A stretch of DNA of 64,000 nucleotides from Squalus acanthias (Eukaryota), in contig CM059432.1 in assembly GCA_030390025.1 (NCBI GenBank), positions 97,466,001 through 97,530,000 on the forward strand, given 5' to 3'. The notes below the pieces were generated by a model. The model made no database searches, was not told where the DNA came from, and saw only the letters and a program-made list of their open reading frames with translations. Positions within the stretch are counted from its first letter, which is position 1; every line of letters starts with the position of its first letter. Of the stretch, positions 39,300-50,488 are shown one piece after another. The translations under genes were made by a program, and so were the position numbers.

Positions 39300-39717
39300 A
39301 AGGATCAATGTGCTGGAGGCAAGCACTTCCACTGCCACTGGTGCTGCCAAGTGGGTAATCTGGCCCTTAAAGCCCCCAACAGCACATCCAGGAAGGCGTC
39401 GTTGAAGCGGGACGCTGCCTTTTCCCATCCTGACTCCATACCAGCAGGTCTGTGGCTCTCCATCTTAACTTCAAACTCCTTCAACTTGGATGTTTGGAGT
39501 GTCCCTGGAGTGGAAATTGTGTCATGCATATCGTCATCACGCCCGCTGACGTTAATTGGACACAAATCGGACACAAAACCCGGAAGTAAAATGATAATGA
39601 GGTGGCTTAGTTGAAAAGCCACTGACAGACGCGGCTGCACTTACTTCCGGGTTTCCCACGCGCTATTGCCCCCTCGCCCCTTGCTCCCAGCGTGTCTGCG
39701 CATTAAAATCCAGCCCC
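39300..39717 (-). mobile_element. Harbinger remnant with start of Myb exon
   Basis: MESGWEKAASRFNDAFLDVLL; end TAAAATCCAGCCC. Confidence 0.5.
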
Positions 39718-41104
39718 TAGACTCATCAGTTTCTTTCCAACCAGCTTCCTTTGTTCATAGCCTAATTTCAGAGGAGCCAAGACAAGATATTGACTTCTGT
39801 TTGATGTGTGAGTCAATTTATTTAAACAAACAATTTTGTTCAACATTCTAAATTTGTCATGTCTATAATAGTGCTTTTGCAGCTCAAATAATATCAGGTA
39901 CTCGTCATATCTTAATCTAGATCAATAATAACTGGAAGTTCTGACAACATTACCTTCTTAGTGTAAAGGCAAAATTGAAAAAGAAGTTGTGTGCTTATAT
40001 CATTTGATGCAATGTAAATATTGCCTGTAATTTTCAATGAATATCCATTGACCTGCATCAGTACTCTCGATTAACCAGCATGATCTGTATATCATACTGA
40101 CAGGACAGAATGATGTGCTGGTCTTTAAAATGTTATTCTTCTGTAAGTTTCTGTTGGAGTAAAAAATATAGTTGTGGACTGTTTTTGGTGTTGTTATCAC
40201 CTTTGTATTGAATCAGTACCATCAGCATCCCTACAAACCTAATGCAGATTGATGTACAATACTGTGAATTCTACAAGACTGCCTCATTCACACGAATTAT
40301 ATGACATTACTTTGTCACAAATCAGAGACTGGTGTGAAAATGGCTTCAGACTCATAACATTTTAGAGCAATTATGAATGAGTAAATAGCATGACAATTGA
40401 AAGAATGGTGAGATTTGTCAAGTACTTTTATCAATTGGAGTTTTGGAGGACTTGGTGCATTGAGTTAGAATGCTTTCCTTTTACCTTTGATGTCAGTGTT
40501 AGAATAAAGCACAGACTTCAGTCTCCTCACTGAAGTGAATTTGGACAATCTTCATCCAGTTCCCAATGGAAGTGTATCCATGTGAAAAAATGCTTATAAT
40601 TCAGCATTCATTGGTGCTGAACCAGCAATCTCATTCACAGGGACCACACGGCTGAAGGTTTGGAATGAGAATGTAACACTGTGGGTATTATGAAACCTTG
40701 GTGAACACCCATTGTTAGAGAAAGAGGGAACTTTATCATAAATGCAATCTTCTCCTAGGAATGCTTAACATATAAACATACAAAAACAAAGGGCAGGAAA
40801 AGACCAGCTGATCCACCGAACCTATCGCATATGGTCTTCATGCAATTTATGCACTCCATGACCCTTTTCCGCTCCTCTCCCATCAGCCAGCTACACAATT
40901 TCTTGGGTGAGGCGCTAAATTCGGATTCTTAGTGCCTGGTATTTTGGGCAGGATAGTTGCTGATTGATTTCTACTCGCTGTTGCTATGATTGTACAAGTG
41001 TTTGTTGCTTTCTAGTGTCCTTTAAAGTTGCTAAAGTCTACAGGGAGTGGAGTGGCAGGTGCTGAAGGACTTTGTCCTGACTTCAAGGCTTCTGCACAAA
41101 CCAA

Positions 41105-42255
41105 TTGCTCCCAGACATAGATGCAGTAGTAAGAATTCCAATTGGAATACAGCATGATTTGGAGAATGAACAGAGGTCACGCAGAACAGGACAAGCTGCT
41201 GGAAGAGGGAGGAGGTGGAGGGGGAGAAGGGCTCTCAGCAGGAGGCTATATCCGCCCAGGGTGTTCAGGGAGCAATTTTCCTACCTGAACCTCAGCGAGG
41301 AACAATGAGTGAGATGTCTGTGCTTCAGTAAGGATGTCCTCACTCAAATCTGCCACCTGCTGCAGCCACAACTCCAACCTCAGAGCAGGGTGTGGACCAC
41401 ATTGCCAATGGCTGTGAAGGTAACTGTGACTATGAACTTTAATGCATCAGGCTCCTTCCAGACTGGGGCTGGAGATATTTTCAACAGCTTGCAGTTTGCA
41501 TTGTTGCATAAGGGAAGTTACTAAGGATCTGTATTCAAAGAGCGCTGACTACATTAATTTTCTCTTGCTAGAAAGCAGCAGGCAGAGTGAGCACACGGCT
41601 TTGCAAGTATTGCAGGCTTCCCCATGGTGCAGGGTGCCATTAACCACAAGCACATCGCTTTGTGAGTGCTGCATGTCAATGCTGTGATGTACTGCAACCA
41701 AAACAAATTCCATTCCCTCAGCATCCAGCTGGTGTCCAACTGCGCATCATGCAGGTGAATGCCTAGTATCCTGGCAGCAGTCATGATGCCTTCATTCTAT
41801 GGCAGTCCGCTATGCCAGCTGTATTTGAGCCACCACGACAAGCCAAAGGGTGGCTATTGGATGACAAGGGCTATCAGCTGATGACATGGCTCATGACTCT
41901 GGTGCGTAACCCACGCACACGTGGGTAGCGTGCATAAAATGAAAGCGATGCCACCACACAAAATGAGCAGACAATTGGCACGCTGAAGCAACGCTTTAGT
42001 TGCCTGGAGGGGTCCTGCAGGACTCGGCAGAATGAATGTCAAGATTCGTGGTGGTCTGCTGCATGCTGCACAACCGCGCCATCATGAGGGCACAGCCCAT
42101 GCCACCAGCTATACGGTGAGCAGCTGAGGAGCAGTACGAGGAGCAGGAGGAGGAGGAACAGGAGGAGGAGGAGGAAGAGCAAGGGAGGAAGCAACCTGGA
42201 CAGCCCGTTTCTGGCCAAGGCTGTCCATGAAGAACTCAACTGACTGCAATACTAG
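41105..42255 (+). pseudogene. Degenerate Harbinger transposase
   Basis: YPPRVFREQFSYLNLSEEQ, AVKVTV, AGFPMVQGAI, LLDDKGY, VVVCCMLHN, acidic tail. Confidence 0.85.
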
Positions 42256-42410
42256 TGAACACAACCCAAATTCCCCATTCACCAGCAGTCCCACAGCTTA
42301 CCTTCCCTCTGTCACTGACTATCACAATGCAAAAATAAAAGCTAACACAAAATAAACATTCCAAAGCAAATTTACAAATCAAAGCATGCCATATTGCACA
42401 CAAACGGAAA

Positions 42411-43734
42411 CTAATCACCCTTGTGCATTCCCTTAGTACCTGTCTTCGATGTGCCTTTGCCTGTCCTAGTGCTCCTACGTATTGCTATTCCATTGGCTGC
42501 AGCATGGCTGGTGGAAGGCTGCTGACTTTCAGTGGAGAGGACTGCAGATGGCCTTGGTGGATGACATCGAGCCGCTCTGGGCCTAGAAGGCCCGGCTGCG
42601 GACTGCACCACCTCGGCATATGCAGTAGCAGTCTGGGCTGGCTGGCTGACAGGCAACAGCAAGGGCTCTGGCGGAGTGGCAGTGGTGGGAGGACAAATGC
42701 TGTCATCCTGAGGGAGGACAGCAGGTTCTTGCTCCAATAGCTGGCACCTGCGCTACCCTTTCCCCCTGCCCTGGCTGCAGGGCACTCATGCCCGGTGTCT
42801 CACTACATGCAGATCCCACCTCTAACCTATCCTCTAAACTACGTGGAATGTCAGTATCTGAGCTGGTGCCTGGCCAGGTTGCAGTTCTTGGGAATCTGAA
42901 GTAAGAAAGGCACAAGGATAAGGTTGTGGTGAGGGGAGGGGTCGAAAGCAAGAGGTGCATGCTTACACCATCTGCAGCTTGTAAATCAGAAGAGATTGTG
43001 GGACAAGGGGGAAGTGGGATGTGAGAAGGAGGATTAGGTTTGAGGATACCAGCATCTTCTATCATTTCAGGCCCGCTGATGGCCATGGCCACAGCAATGG
43101 CCACTCCAATGATGGTGAGCACCGTCTCCTCCATGGGGGTTAGGACATGCAGGCGCGCCTGTCCTCCTGCCGGTTAGTTCCTGCTGCCTCCAGTTGTGCA
43201 CCACCTTGTCCTGTAAGAGAGAGGGAAGTGTGTCAGTGAGTGTCATGCAATCTGTTTGGGTGATGTGGCTGTCATGGTTGAATAGCTGGCAGTGTGTGCA
43301 AGCTGTGAGATGTGGGTGTGAGGCTTGCAGCAGTGCTGAGTGTGTGAGAGTGTGGTGAAGCTATGAATGTTAGATATGAGTCCTGATTGTTAGAGATTAT
43401 TGGTAGGTGAGTGATGGGAGTGTGGCGCATTGAGCAGTGGCTGAGGCTGGAGGTGCAGTTGGTGGGATATAGCATTTGAAGATGAATTCACTGACCTTGA
43501 TCATCGTATGAGGTCATTGAACTTTTTGCGACACTGTATCCAGGTCCTCGGGGCTTGATTCCTGGCAGTGACCGTCACTGCTATCTGCTCCCACTGCCTT
43601 CTGAGTGTTTGTCTGGAGGGCCTCCTGGCTCTCTGTGGATAGAGGACCTCACTCCTCCTTTCCACCTCCTCCACCAAGGCCTCCAGTGCAGCATCCGTGA
43701 GCCTTGGAGCATGCTCTCTCCCATGTTGTGCCAT
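42411..43734 (-). pseudogene. Harbinger Myb/SANT gene, 3 exons, internal deletion in last exon
   Basis: MAQHGREHAPRLTDAALEALVEEVERR...WEQIA...QCRKKFNDLIR. Confidence 0.85.
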
Positions 43735-44505
43735 TATTCAATCTTTTTCCACGTCAGAGTGACTTGTACAATGACTTCCACCACCTGCTCCAGCCACAAT
43801 GCAACTCTCCTTTAAGAGGCACAAGCTGGTTTTAAGTAGAATAGGCTAGCTTTAACTCGTGCTAGCCTCTCACAATTTTGGGTGCCCTGCTGAGGTGTGC
43901 AGCCACTCAACAGCGCGGTTAGCACTGGTTACATGCTACAATCATGGTAATTAGCAGGCAGCACGAAGTTGGCATGCTCCCTGCATCACATTGAATGGGC
44001 ACGGGATAATTGTGCATCGCGATCCCCGTGCATGTTTTCAATGGCTATCCAATTTAGCCCCCAATTAAACAGTGACAAATCCCTCGCCAATTTAGAAAAG
44101 AAATATCAGAGAAATTCCTCTCTGGCTCCTGATGTTGATCAAACAAGTTGTAGCAGAGCATGGTGACTGGGAAACATCCCCAGTATCCACCTACTTTCTA
44201 TACATAGTTGTGTTGTCCGCACTCAGCTCCCTTTTGATTACCTGCAAAAAAATCCCCACTCACTGTACAAGCTAGCAGCTTGTTCGATGACTCTCTGTGA
44301 AAAGAAGCACCTCCTGTCATTGAACCTCACTCTATGCTTAAGTAACCTATACTCATGTCCCTGGTCCTTCTTAACCTATCTAACTCAAATAGCCTATCTA
44401 TATGGACTGTATCTAATTCTTTCATTATGCTATAGACTTCAATCAAATCGCCTTGAAGTTTAAGCTCTTTTACAGTAATAAATATCAGCTCTCTAAGCCT
44501 ATCAA

Positions 44506-44815
44506 GGGCAACACGGTGGCATAGTGGTTAGCACCGTTGCCTCATAGCGCCAGGGACCCGGGTTCGAATCCGGCCTCGGGTGACTGTCTGTGTGGAGTTT
44601 GCACATTCTCCCCGTGTCTGCGTGGGTTTCCTCCGGGTGCTTCAGTTTCCTCCCACAATCCAAAGATGTGCGGGTTAGGTTGATTTGGCTATGATAAATT
44701 GACCCTTAGTGTTAGGGGGATTAAATACGTGGGGTTACGGGGATAGGGTGGGATATGTGTCGGTGCAGGCTCGATGGGCCGAAATGGCCTCTATCTGCAC
44801 TGTGGGGATTCTGTG
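44506..44815 (+). mobile_element. V-SINE (HE1-like) tRNA-derived SINE
   Basis: A box TGGCATAGTGG, B box GGTTCGAATCC, V core TGTGTGGAGTTTGCACATTCTCCCCGTGTCTGCGTGGGTTTCCTCCGGGTGC, CR1-like tail; TATCA on both flanks. Confidence 0.9.
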
Positions 44816-45189
44816 GTATCATAGTAAGAGCCTTCAAACTAAGTTATTAATCTAATAGCTCTTCTCTGAATCTTTTCCAGGGTCTTTATATTACCTACCA
44901 AGAGAATGGACCAAAACTGGACACAGTATTACAAGTGAGGCCTAACCAAGATCTTATACAAAGACAGTAGAATATATATTTGTTGAAATTATTATTTTTT
45001 TAAATGTAATCATCCTGGGAATACTTCTGAAAACTATTTGCTTTTGCTATAGCCTCACAGGACTGGTCATGAAATCTCAGAGATTCATGTACTGTAACAT
45101 CTAGGTCTATTTCAAGCTCACCAGCCATGTGCATGTAACCCTGCATGAAGTACTTATCCATATTAAATGACATCTGCCAGGCACGGGCC

Positions 45190-45280
45190 CATTCGCTCAG
45201 TGATAGAACTCTCGCCTCTGAGTCAGAAGGTTTAGGTTCAAGTTCCACTCCACAGACTTGAGCACAAAATCTAGGCTGAC
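45190..45280 (+). mobile_element. Deu-domain SINE, 5' part (continues at 59567)
   Basis: GCTCAGTGATAG...GAGTCAGAAGG...GGTTCAAG...CTAGGCTGAC; TGAC repeated at the resumption point. Confidence 0.75.
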
Positions 45281-45551
45281 TTTTTAAGGTAATTGGCAAA
45301 ATCTAAAGTAAGAACCAGAGGCAACAAGAATATTTTTTTTTTACACAGCAAGTTGTTATGATCTGGAATGCATTGGCTGAAAGGATCGTGGAAGTAGATT
45401 CAATAATAACTTTCAAAAGGGAATTGGATAAATATTTGAAGGGGAAAATTTTACAGGGCTATGGGGAAGAGCAGGGGAGTGGGACTAATTGGATAGCTCT
45501 TTCAAAGAACCGGCATAGGCATGAAGGGCCGAATGGTCTCCTTCTATGCTG
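45281..45551 (+). mobile_element. CR1 3' fragment (tail resumes at 59538-59566), the target of the provirus
   Basis: GGGCCGAATGGTCTCCTTCTATGCTG continues after the provirus as GCTGTATGATTCTATGATTC. Confidence 0.85.
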
Positions 45552-45753
45552 TGTAGATTTTTTTAAAAACCCTGTACAATGCTGGAAGCCTGTTTGGCCC
45601 AGTGGTAAGGGCATGATACAGTTAAACCTAGAAGCACAGATACACCTGTGAGTTTTAATTTAACTTTGAAAAAGACATTTACTTTGGACAATGAGCGTCT
45701 CAATAGGTGATTTAACGGTGAATAGGTGATTTAACTTTGGACAATGAGACTTC

Positions 45754-46646
45754 GGGGTAAAAATTCACTTGGTTGCGCCTCCCGTTAGCGCCTTAAGAGG
45801 GCGCTAATGGGGCGCAAAGCCGCTAACGCCCGGGCGCAGCGATGTTTGCGCCGCTCGAGAACTTAACTTGAGATTGTGCGGCGGCGCTAAAACTTACCGC
45901 TGCGACCACCTGCGCGCGCAGATTGTGACGTCATTCCATGGTGCAACGCCCTTGTGGCGCCCCGTAGCAGAAATTGAGTGGCGCCCCCTGCCTTACCGCC
46001 TGGCGCTTCCAACGACCAGAAGACTGGAACGCTATCAATCGCTGTGGGGCTGGGGGGGGCGCTATTTAAAGGGGGCCTCTTCCTGTCTTTTATTGTTGGT
46101 GGCATTTTTGAACTACGCATTCTGAGAGAGAGAGGGAGAGACTTCTGGAGAGATTCAACGTTGTGTGAAGGAGTTTTGGGTACTGAGCAGCACTTTGCAG
46201 GTTCATTTTGATTTGCCATTCCTTGTATCGATTTAGCAGAGACTGTGGGAGCTGCACTCTGAGCTCTTTGCCTGGTACTCTCCATTGTACTTTCCAGCAC
46301 ATTTGATGTGCAAGTCTCTCCAGGCCGAGATTCAAGGCTGCAATGAACAGGATGTGGATGGAAAGCAAGATTAACCATCCCCTTTAAGAACTGGCCCGTG
46401 CCATTGTGTGTGTGTTCCATTGCTGACTGACATTACATGAGCTTCGCCAGCGCTCCGAGTTAGCGCCTCACTGCTCGCCCTTTGTGCCTTAAGAGAGGTG
46501 TGCAGCGCCTGCTTTAGCGCTCCACTCACCTCCCGGGGCGGTAAAAGTGAAGTTTCCTGTCAGTGCCGATAATTAGCGCCAGGCGCTAATATTTGCGTCC
46601 GGACGATATTTGCGCCCCAAATGGGGCGCGACCTAATTTCTACCCC
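45754..46646 (+). mobile_element. Harbinger MITE family A in the 5' LTR
   Basis: TTC TSD; empty site GAGACTTCGTG present in the 3' LTR. Confidence 0.95.
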
Positions 46647-47109
46647 TTCGTGTTTTAATGGGTTTCGATGGATCTTCAATGGATAAGACAATGATACCAG
46701 TTTTGCTGGAACAATGGACTTCCTGGCCTCAATGGAAAACACTTTAACCTTGGGCAAAACACATCAACAGTAAGACTAAATCACATTAAATATGCACCAC
46801 AGGGGGGTGAGGGGGGGGGGGAGGGGGCGGGGAGACAAGATAAGGAATTATCTTCCATCCCTCAGCCCTGTACATATCCTGTGGTTTTGATTACTAGGTG
46901 TGAATTGGAAAACAAGAGTTGGGGGAAGGCCCAGACTCGAAAAGGCGTGACGGAAGAGCTATAAAAAGGAACCACACCACAGCTCTCTCTCTCTCTCTCG
47001 GAAGCTAGCTCTGACTACAGCAACTGCCAGGTGTAAGAAGGAAGGGAAGACGGTCATCTCCAGATCCCAGCCTGCAATTGACGTCGGCCACGACCAGCCA
47101 GATGGGTGA

Positions 47110-48455
47110 TGTAAAATTCGCAATTATCGCGATTCGAAATAACGAGATAAAGCAGATTCGTTTCATCAGTTTTATTTCAACGAAATGCTGTCATGATTAA
47201 ACAGGACACAGAAGCCTGTAAAATGGCCGCCGAGCATCGTGGCAGAAGCTTCCAGAATACAGTGGGCAGACAAGATGGCGTTCGAATAAACATTTCAGTA
47301 TAAGATTGGTTAATACGCAGCAAACACTGATAAAGACAGGATGCAACCTGTCTGCATTCGACACAATAGCAAAGATATAAGTGCTGGAATCATTTTCCAT
47401 GCACAAGTAAGGACCATTGTACTGGGCAATCGAAGGCCCATCCAGACACAGCAATACACATATCAGTATTCGAGAAGGCCCCAAACCCAGTCAGGGAGAC
47501 TCCTAGCCGGCTCGACAATGGGGAAAACATTCACGGATAGTTGGCCAGTTTAAGGTGCTACTGAAACCCATTAAAGGAAAGAATCGCCCCATGCTGGGAG
47601 TTTTGTGCACCAGTATTACACAAAGGACAAACATCAAGATTTGAGCGGGAGATAAGGGAACACAGCACTATAACTATAGTGAACAAATGTCCATCAAGGG
47701 CTTATTCTCTTGATTCGACTCTTGACTCGGGCTGAACTCTTGCTTATTATTCTCTTATCTGGCTGAGGACTGCTGAACTCTTATTCGCTTGCCGCTTCAT
47801 GGACTCGCTTGACTGGTGAGCTTTTGATTGTCTCTCTGGACTTCTACAACCGTGTCCGAGCACTGTCGAGTTCTTCATGACAACAGGGAGCCCAGCCTGC
47901 TTGCCGGAGCAGCGAAGATAAACAAGTGGGGTACAGAGACCCCTTCCAACACGTGACAGTCAGGTGTCGCAGCGAAACAAGCCGAGAGCACCGTTTTAAA
48001 ATTCTCCGAAGTATCACGAGTGGTGAGCATGTTTCCTTGATCCTACAAATCTAGATTAGTGTAGGTATTAATAGGGGAGGGTGGTTTTATTAAGGATAAA
48101 TATAATGCGTTCCCCTTTTTACAATGTGCCGTGCGATCCTCATTACCCTAGACCAAGTTTTATGAATGTATGTATACTTGTACTGTCATTAATTTGTACC
48201 TATGACATGTACTTCATGATTTTGGATGTTATGCAATAAAGATTTCCATTTCGTACTATTCAACCGGGTCTATTTGAGTTTTCTCTGCATTACTGCTCTC
48301 GCACCTAAGTCCAGTGTTAGAACCGTAAGGGCGAGTGGGTCGAACCACTCACAGGTGCTTATTGCAACAAGGCTGGCCGGAGACCAGAGCAAGCAATAGT
48401 ATTAGGCAACGAAGGCCTAACCCCGCACAAGCACCACGAACCGTAACCCCTTACA
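47110..48455 (+). mobile_element. Solo LTR of another family inserted in the 5' LTR
   Basis: TGTAAAA...CCCCTTACA, GTGA TSD, AATAAA at 48235-48240; empty site GGGTGATTGTAAG in the 3' LTR. Confidence 0.92.
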
Positions 48456-48764
48456 GTGATTGTAAGTATCAGTTGACTCGACAAGATGTTTGCGCTGTGT
48501 AGGCTGCTGCAGTCAGATAAAGGAGGACAGGGACAGGTCATCTCCGATCCAGGCCTACAATCTACAATGGTAACGACTGGCCGTATGGGTGATTGTAAGT
48601 TTCAGCCAAATCTCAACAGGGTTTTGTCTGTGTTTTGTTGGTTTTAATAAACGAACAGTTTTGGGTTGAACCTAAACCTTTGTGTCATCTACCATTTTGT
48701 TCCTGTAAAACCCAGAGTCAAAGAACCCTTGTAAGGATGAGGAAACCAAACACCTTACATATCT

Positions 48765-48785
48765 TGGTGACCGGCGGCAGGATTC
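48765..48785 (+). promoter_or_regulatory. Primer-binding-site-like sequence, tRNA identity unresolved
   Basis: TGGTGACCGGCGGCAGGATTC after a 5-nt spacer from the LTR end. Confidence 0.65.
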
Positions 48786-48832
48786 TTGAGGTGTGGAACA
48801 AAATAAGGCACAAAGTAAGGGCAACAAACCCT

Positions 48833-48908
48833 AGGGAGGCTAAGGTAGTCTCAGGGAGGCTAAGGTAGTCTGAGGGAGGCTAAGGTAGTCTCAGGGAGGC
48901 TAAGGTAG
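48833..48908 (+). repeat. 20-bp tandem repeat (3.8 copies) in the leader
   Basis: Unit AGGGAGGCTAAGGTAGTCTC. Confidence 0.95.
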
Positions 48909-48943
48909 CCAAAGTAAACATTTCTGAGCCACGGGCAAAAGAA

Positions 48944-50488
48944 ATGATGTACTCTCCGCAGGAAAAAGCAGAAGAGTGGGCGGTTAGTAGTAACCATAAA
49001 AGAATGAGAGAAAAGGCGATTTGGCCACTGTGTCTACAGAAGAAAACCTCGATTCTCAGGGAATAGGTGAAACAGCTGGAAGATGAGAAAAGGGATCTAG
49101 AAACCAAGGCAAGCGATAAGGACGCCGTCATAGAGTGACTGACGAAAGATTTAAGTGAGGAAAGGCAGGAGAGAAAGATTAAGGAGGAGAGGGCGCAGAA
49201 TAATCTAGAATACTTACAGTGTCAGGTGACAGAGGGTAAGAGGCAGTGTCAGACTCACTGCGAACAAAGTGAAAGGAATCTAGAAAGAGCCGAAGAGGCG
49301 AAGGAACGATTGAAATATATCAAGGTAACGTATAGAGTAGCCCGAACTCAGGGTTATGAGGGGGCAGATCACGGGCCTTGTAATGAAAAGATCCGTAAGT
49401 TGACCTTAAAACTATCCGGGGCCAGAGGGATGGTTTGTCTCATGGCGCCTGGAGAAGTTGGGGAAGACTGGGATATGGAGGGTAAAGAATCAGATGATGG
49501 GCCCCCGTATAGCGAGCACCAGGACCACCGAGACCGATGTGTCCCCTACGACAGCAGAAGTTGGGTCCGCCACCAGTGGGTGGTGCCCGGCGCTGTTGCA
49601 GAGCTATTATGTGCTCCCATTTACACCACTTCAGCTACAGGAAATGCTGACGAGTGTGGCTAAATTAAAGCAGGGAGGGGACGCCTCCGTTTATTTCGCC
49701 AATGTAGAGCAGTTAGGGGGCATTAATAACTGCAACAAGGAGGAGATGAGGAAGTTGATACTGTTCTCCCTAGATGGGAAGCTATATCAGAGTTTGTCAG
49801 CAGCCACCAAGTTAGGGGGAGGAACCATGCACGACTTAAAGTTGAGATCTTGGTAGCACGAGGGCACAGCCCAGGTAGTCCGTTCTTGCAGGTGGAGCAG
49901 ACTAGGCAGCAGGCAGGCGAGTCACCAGATACGTTTGCAGATAGATTGTGGCCGACTTACGTGAGGGCCACTGGAGGAGATCTAGTATGCACAGACTTAA
50001 GAGGGGCTCCCAGGAATCATTGGCTGAGGACCGTAGTGTCCAACAGTTTGCCGCGAATCACGGCAAAGGCCGAGTCATGGTTTGACCCAGAGGACCTCCA
50101 CAATACGGAGGTGGGGGTGCTGAGGAAGCTGACGCCAGCTTTCAAGTCAGGACAAGGGGAAGAGGAGAAACACAGGGGGAAGGTGCACAAAGTGAAAGGG
50201 AATGTGAGGAGTAAAAGGGAATGGAGACAGGAGGGAAGTAATGCGGGTAGATCCCAGGCGTGTTTTAACTGTGGGAAGTTGGGACACTGGAGTAAGGAGT
50301 GTAAGCTCCCAAAAGGGGGGAAACCAGGGCACGAGGGTCCCGACATAGAGACGAACCGAGGGAAGGTAGAAGACGACCCAGTAAAAATCCTAGTGGCCGC
50401 ATTACAGCAGGTTATGGGCAAGGATAAAGGGAAACTGGATGCTGCTGTGGGTGACAGAGGACCCAGCGCGTCTGCACCCTCACTGTGA
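48944..50488 (+). pseudogene. gag: gag: N-terminal coiled coil, capsid-like region, single CCHC knuckle; stops and frameshifts
   Basis: E/K/R-rich heptads ~49060-49320; QQAGESPDTFADRL; CFNCGKLGHWSKEC at 50261-50302; start codon uncertain. Confidence 0.85.

Larger units (their letters stand above)
40910..44062. mobile_element. Degenerate PIF/Harbinger transposon
   Basis: Ends GGCGCTAAATTCGG / CCAATTTAGCCCCC; convergent transposase and Myb genes; TSD not evident. Confidence 0.75.
45552..48759 (+). repeat. 5' LTR (~960 bp net) interrupted by MITE A and a solo LTR
   Basis: Colinear with 57680-59537 after removing insertions; TATAAAA 46960-46966; AATAAA 48646-48651. Confidence 0.95.

Noticed and set aside
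40020..40170. Possible host exon (acceptor-like site on minus, GTAAGT on plus)
   Set aside because: Short open frames on both strands but no recognisable protein and no supporting partner exons; needs RNA-seq or homology
44506..44580. tRNA gene
   Set aside because: A and B boxes run straight into the V-SINE core, so it is a SINE head
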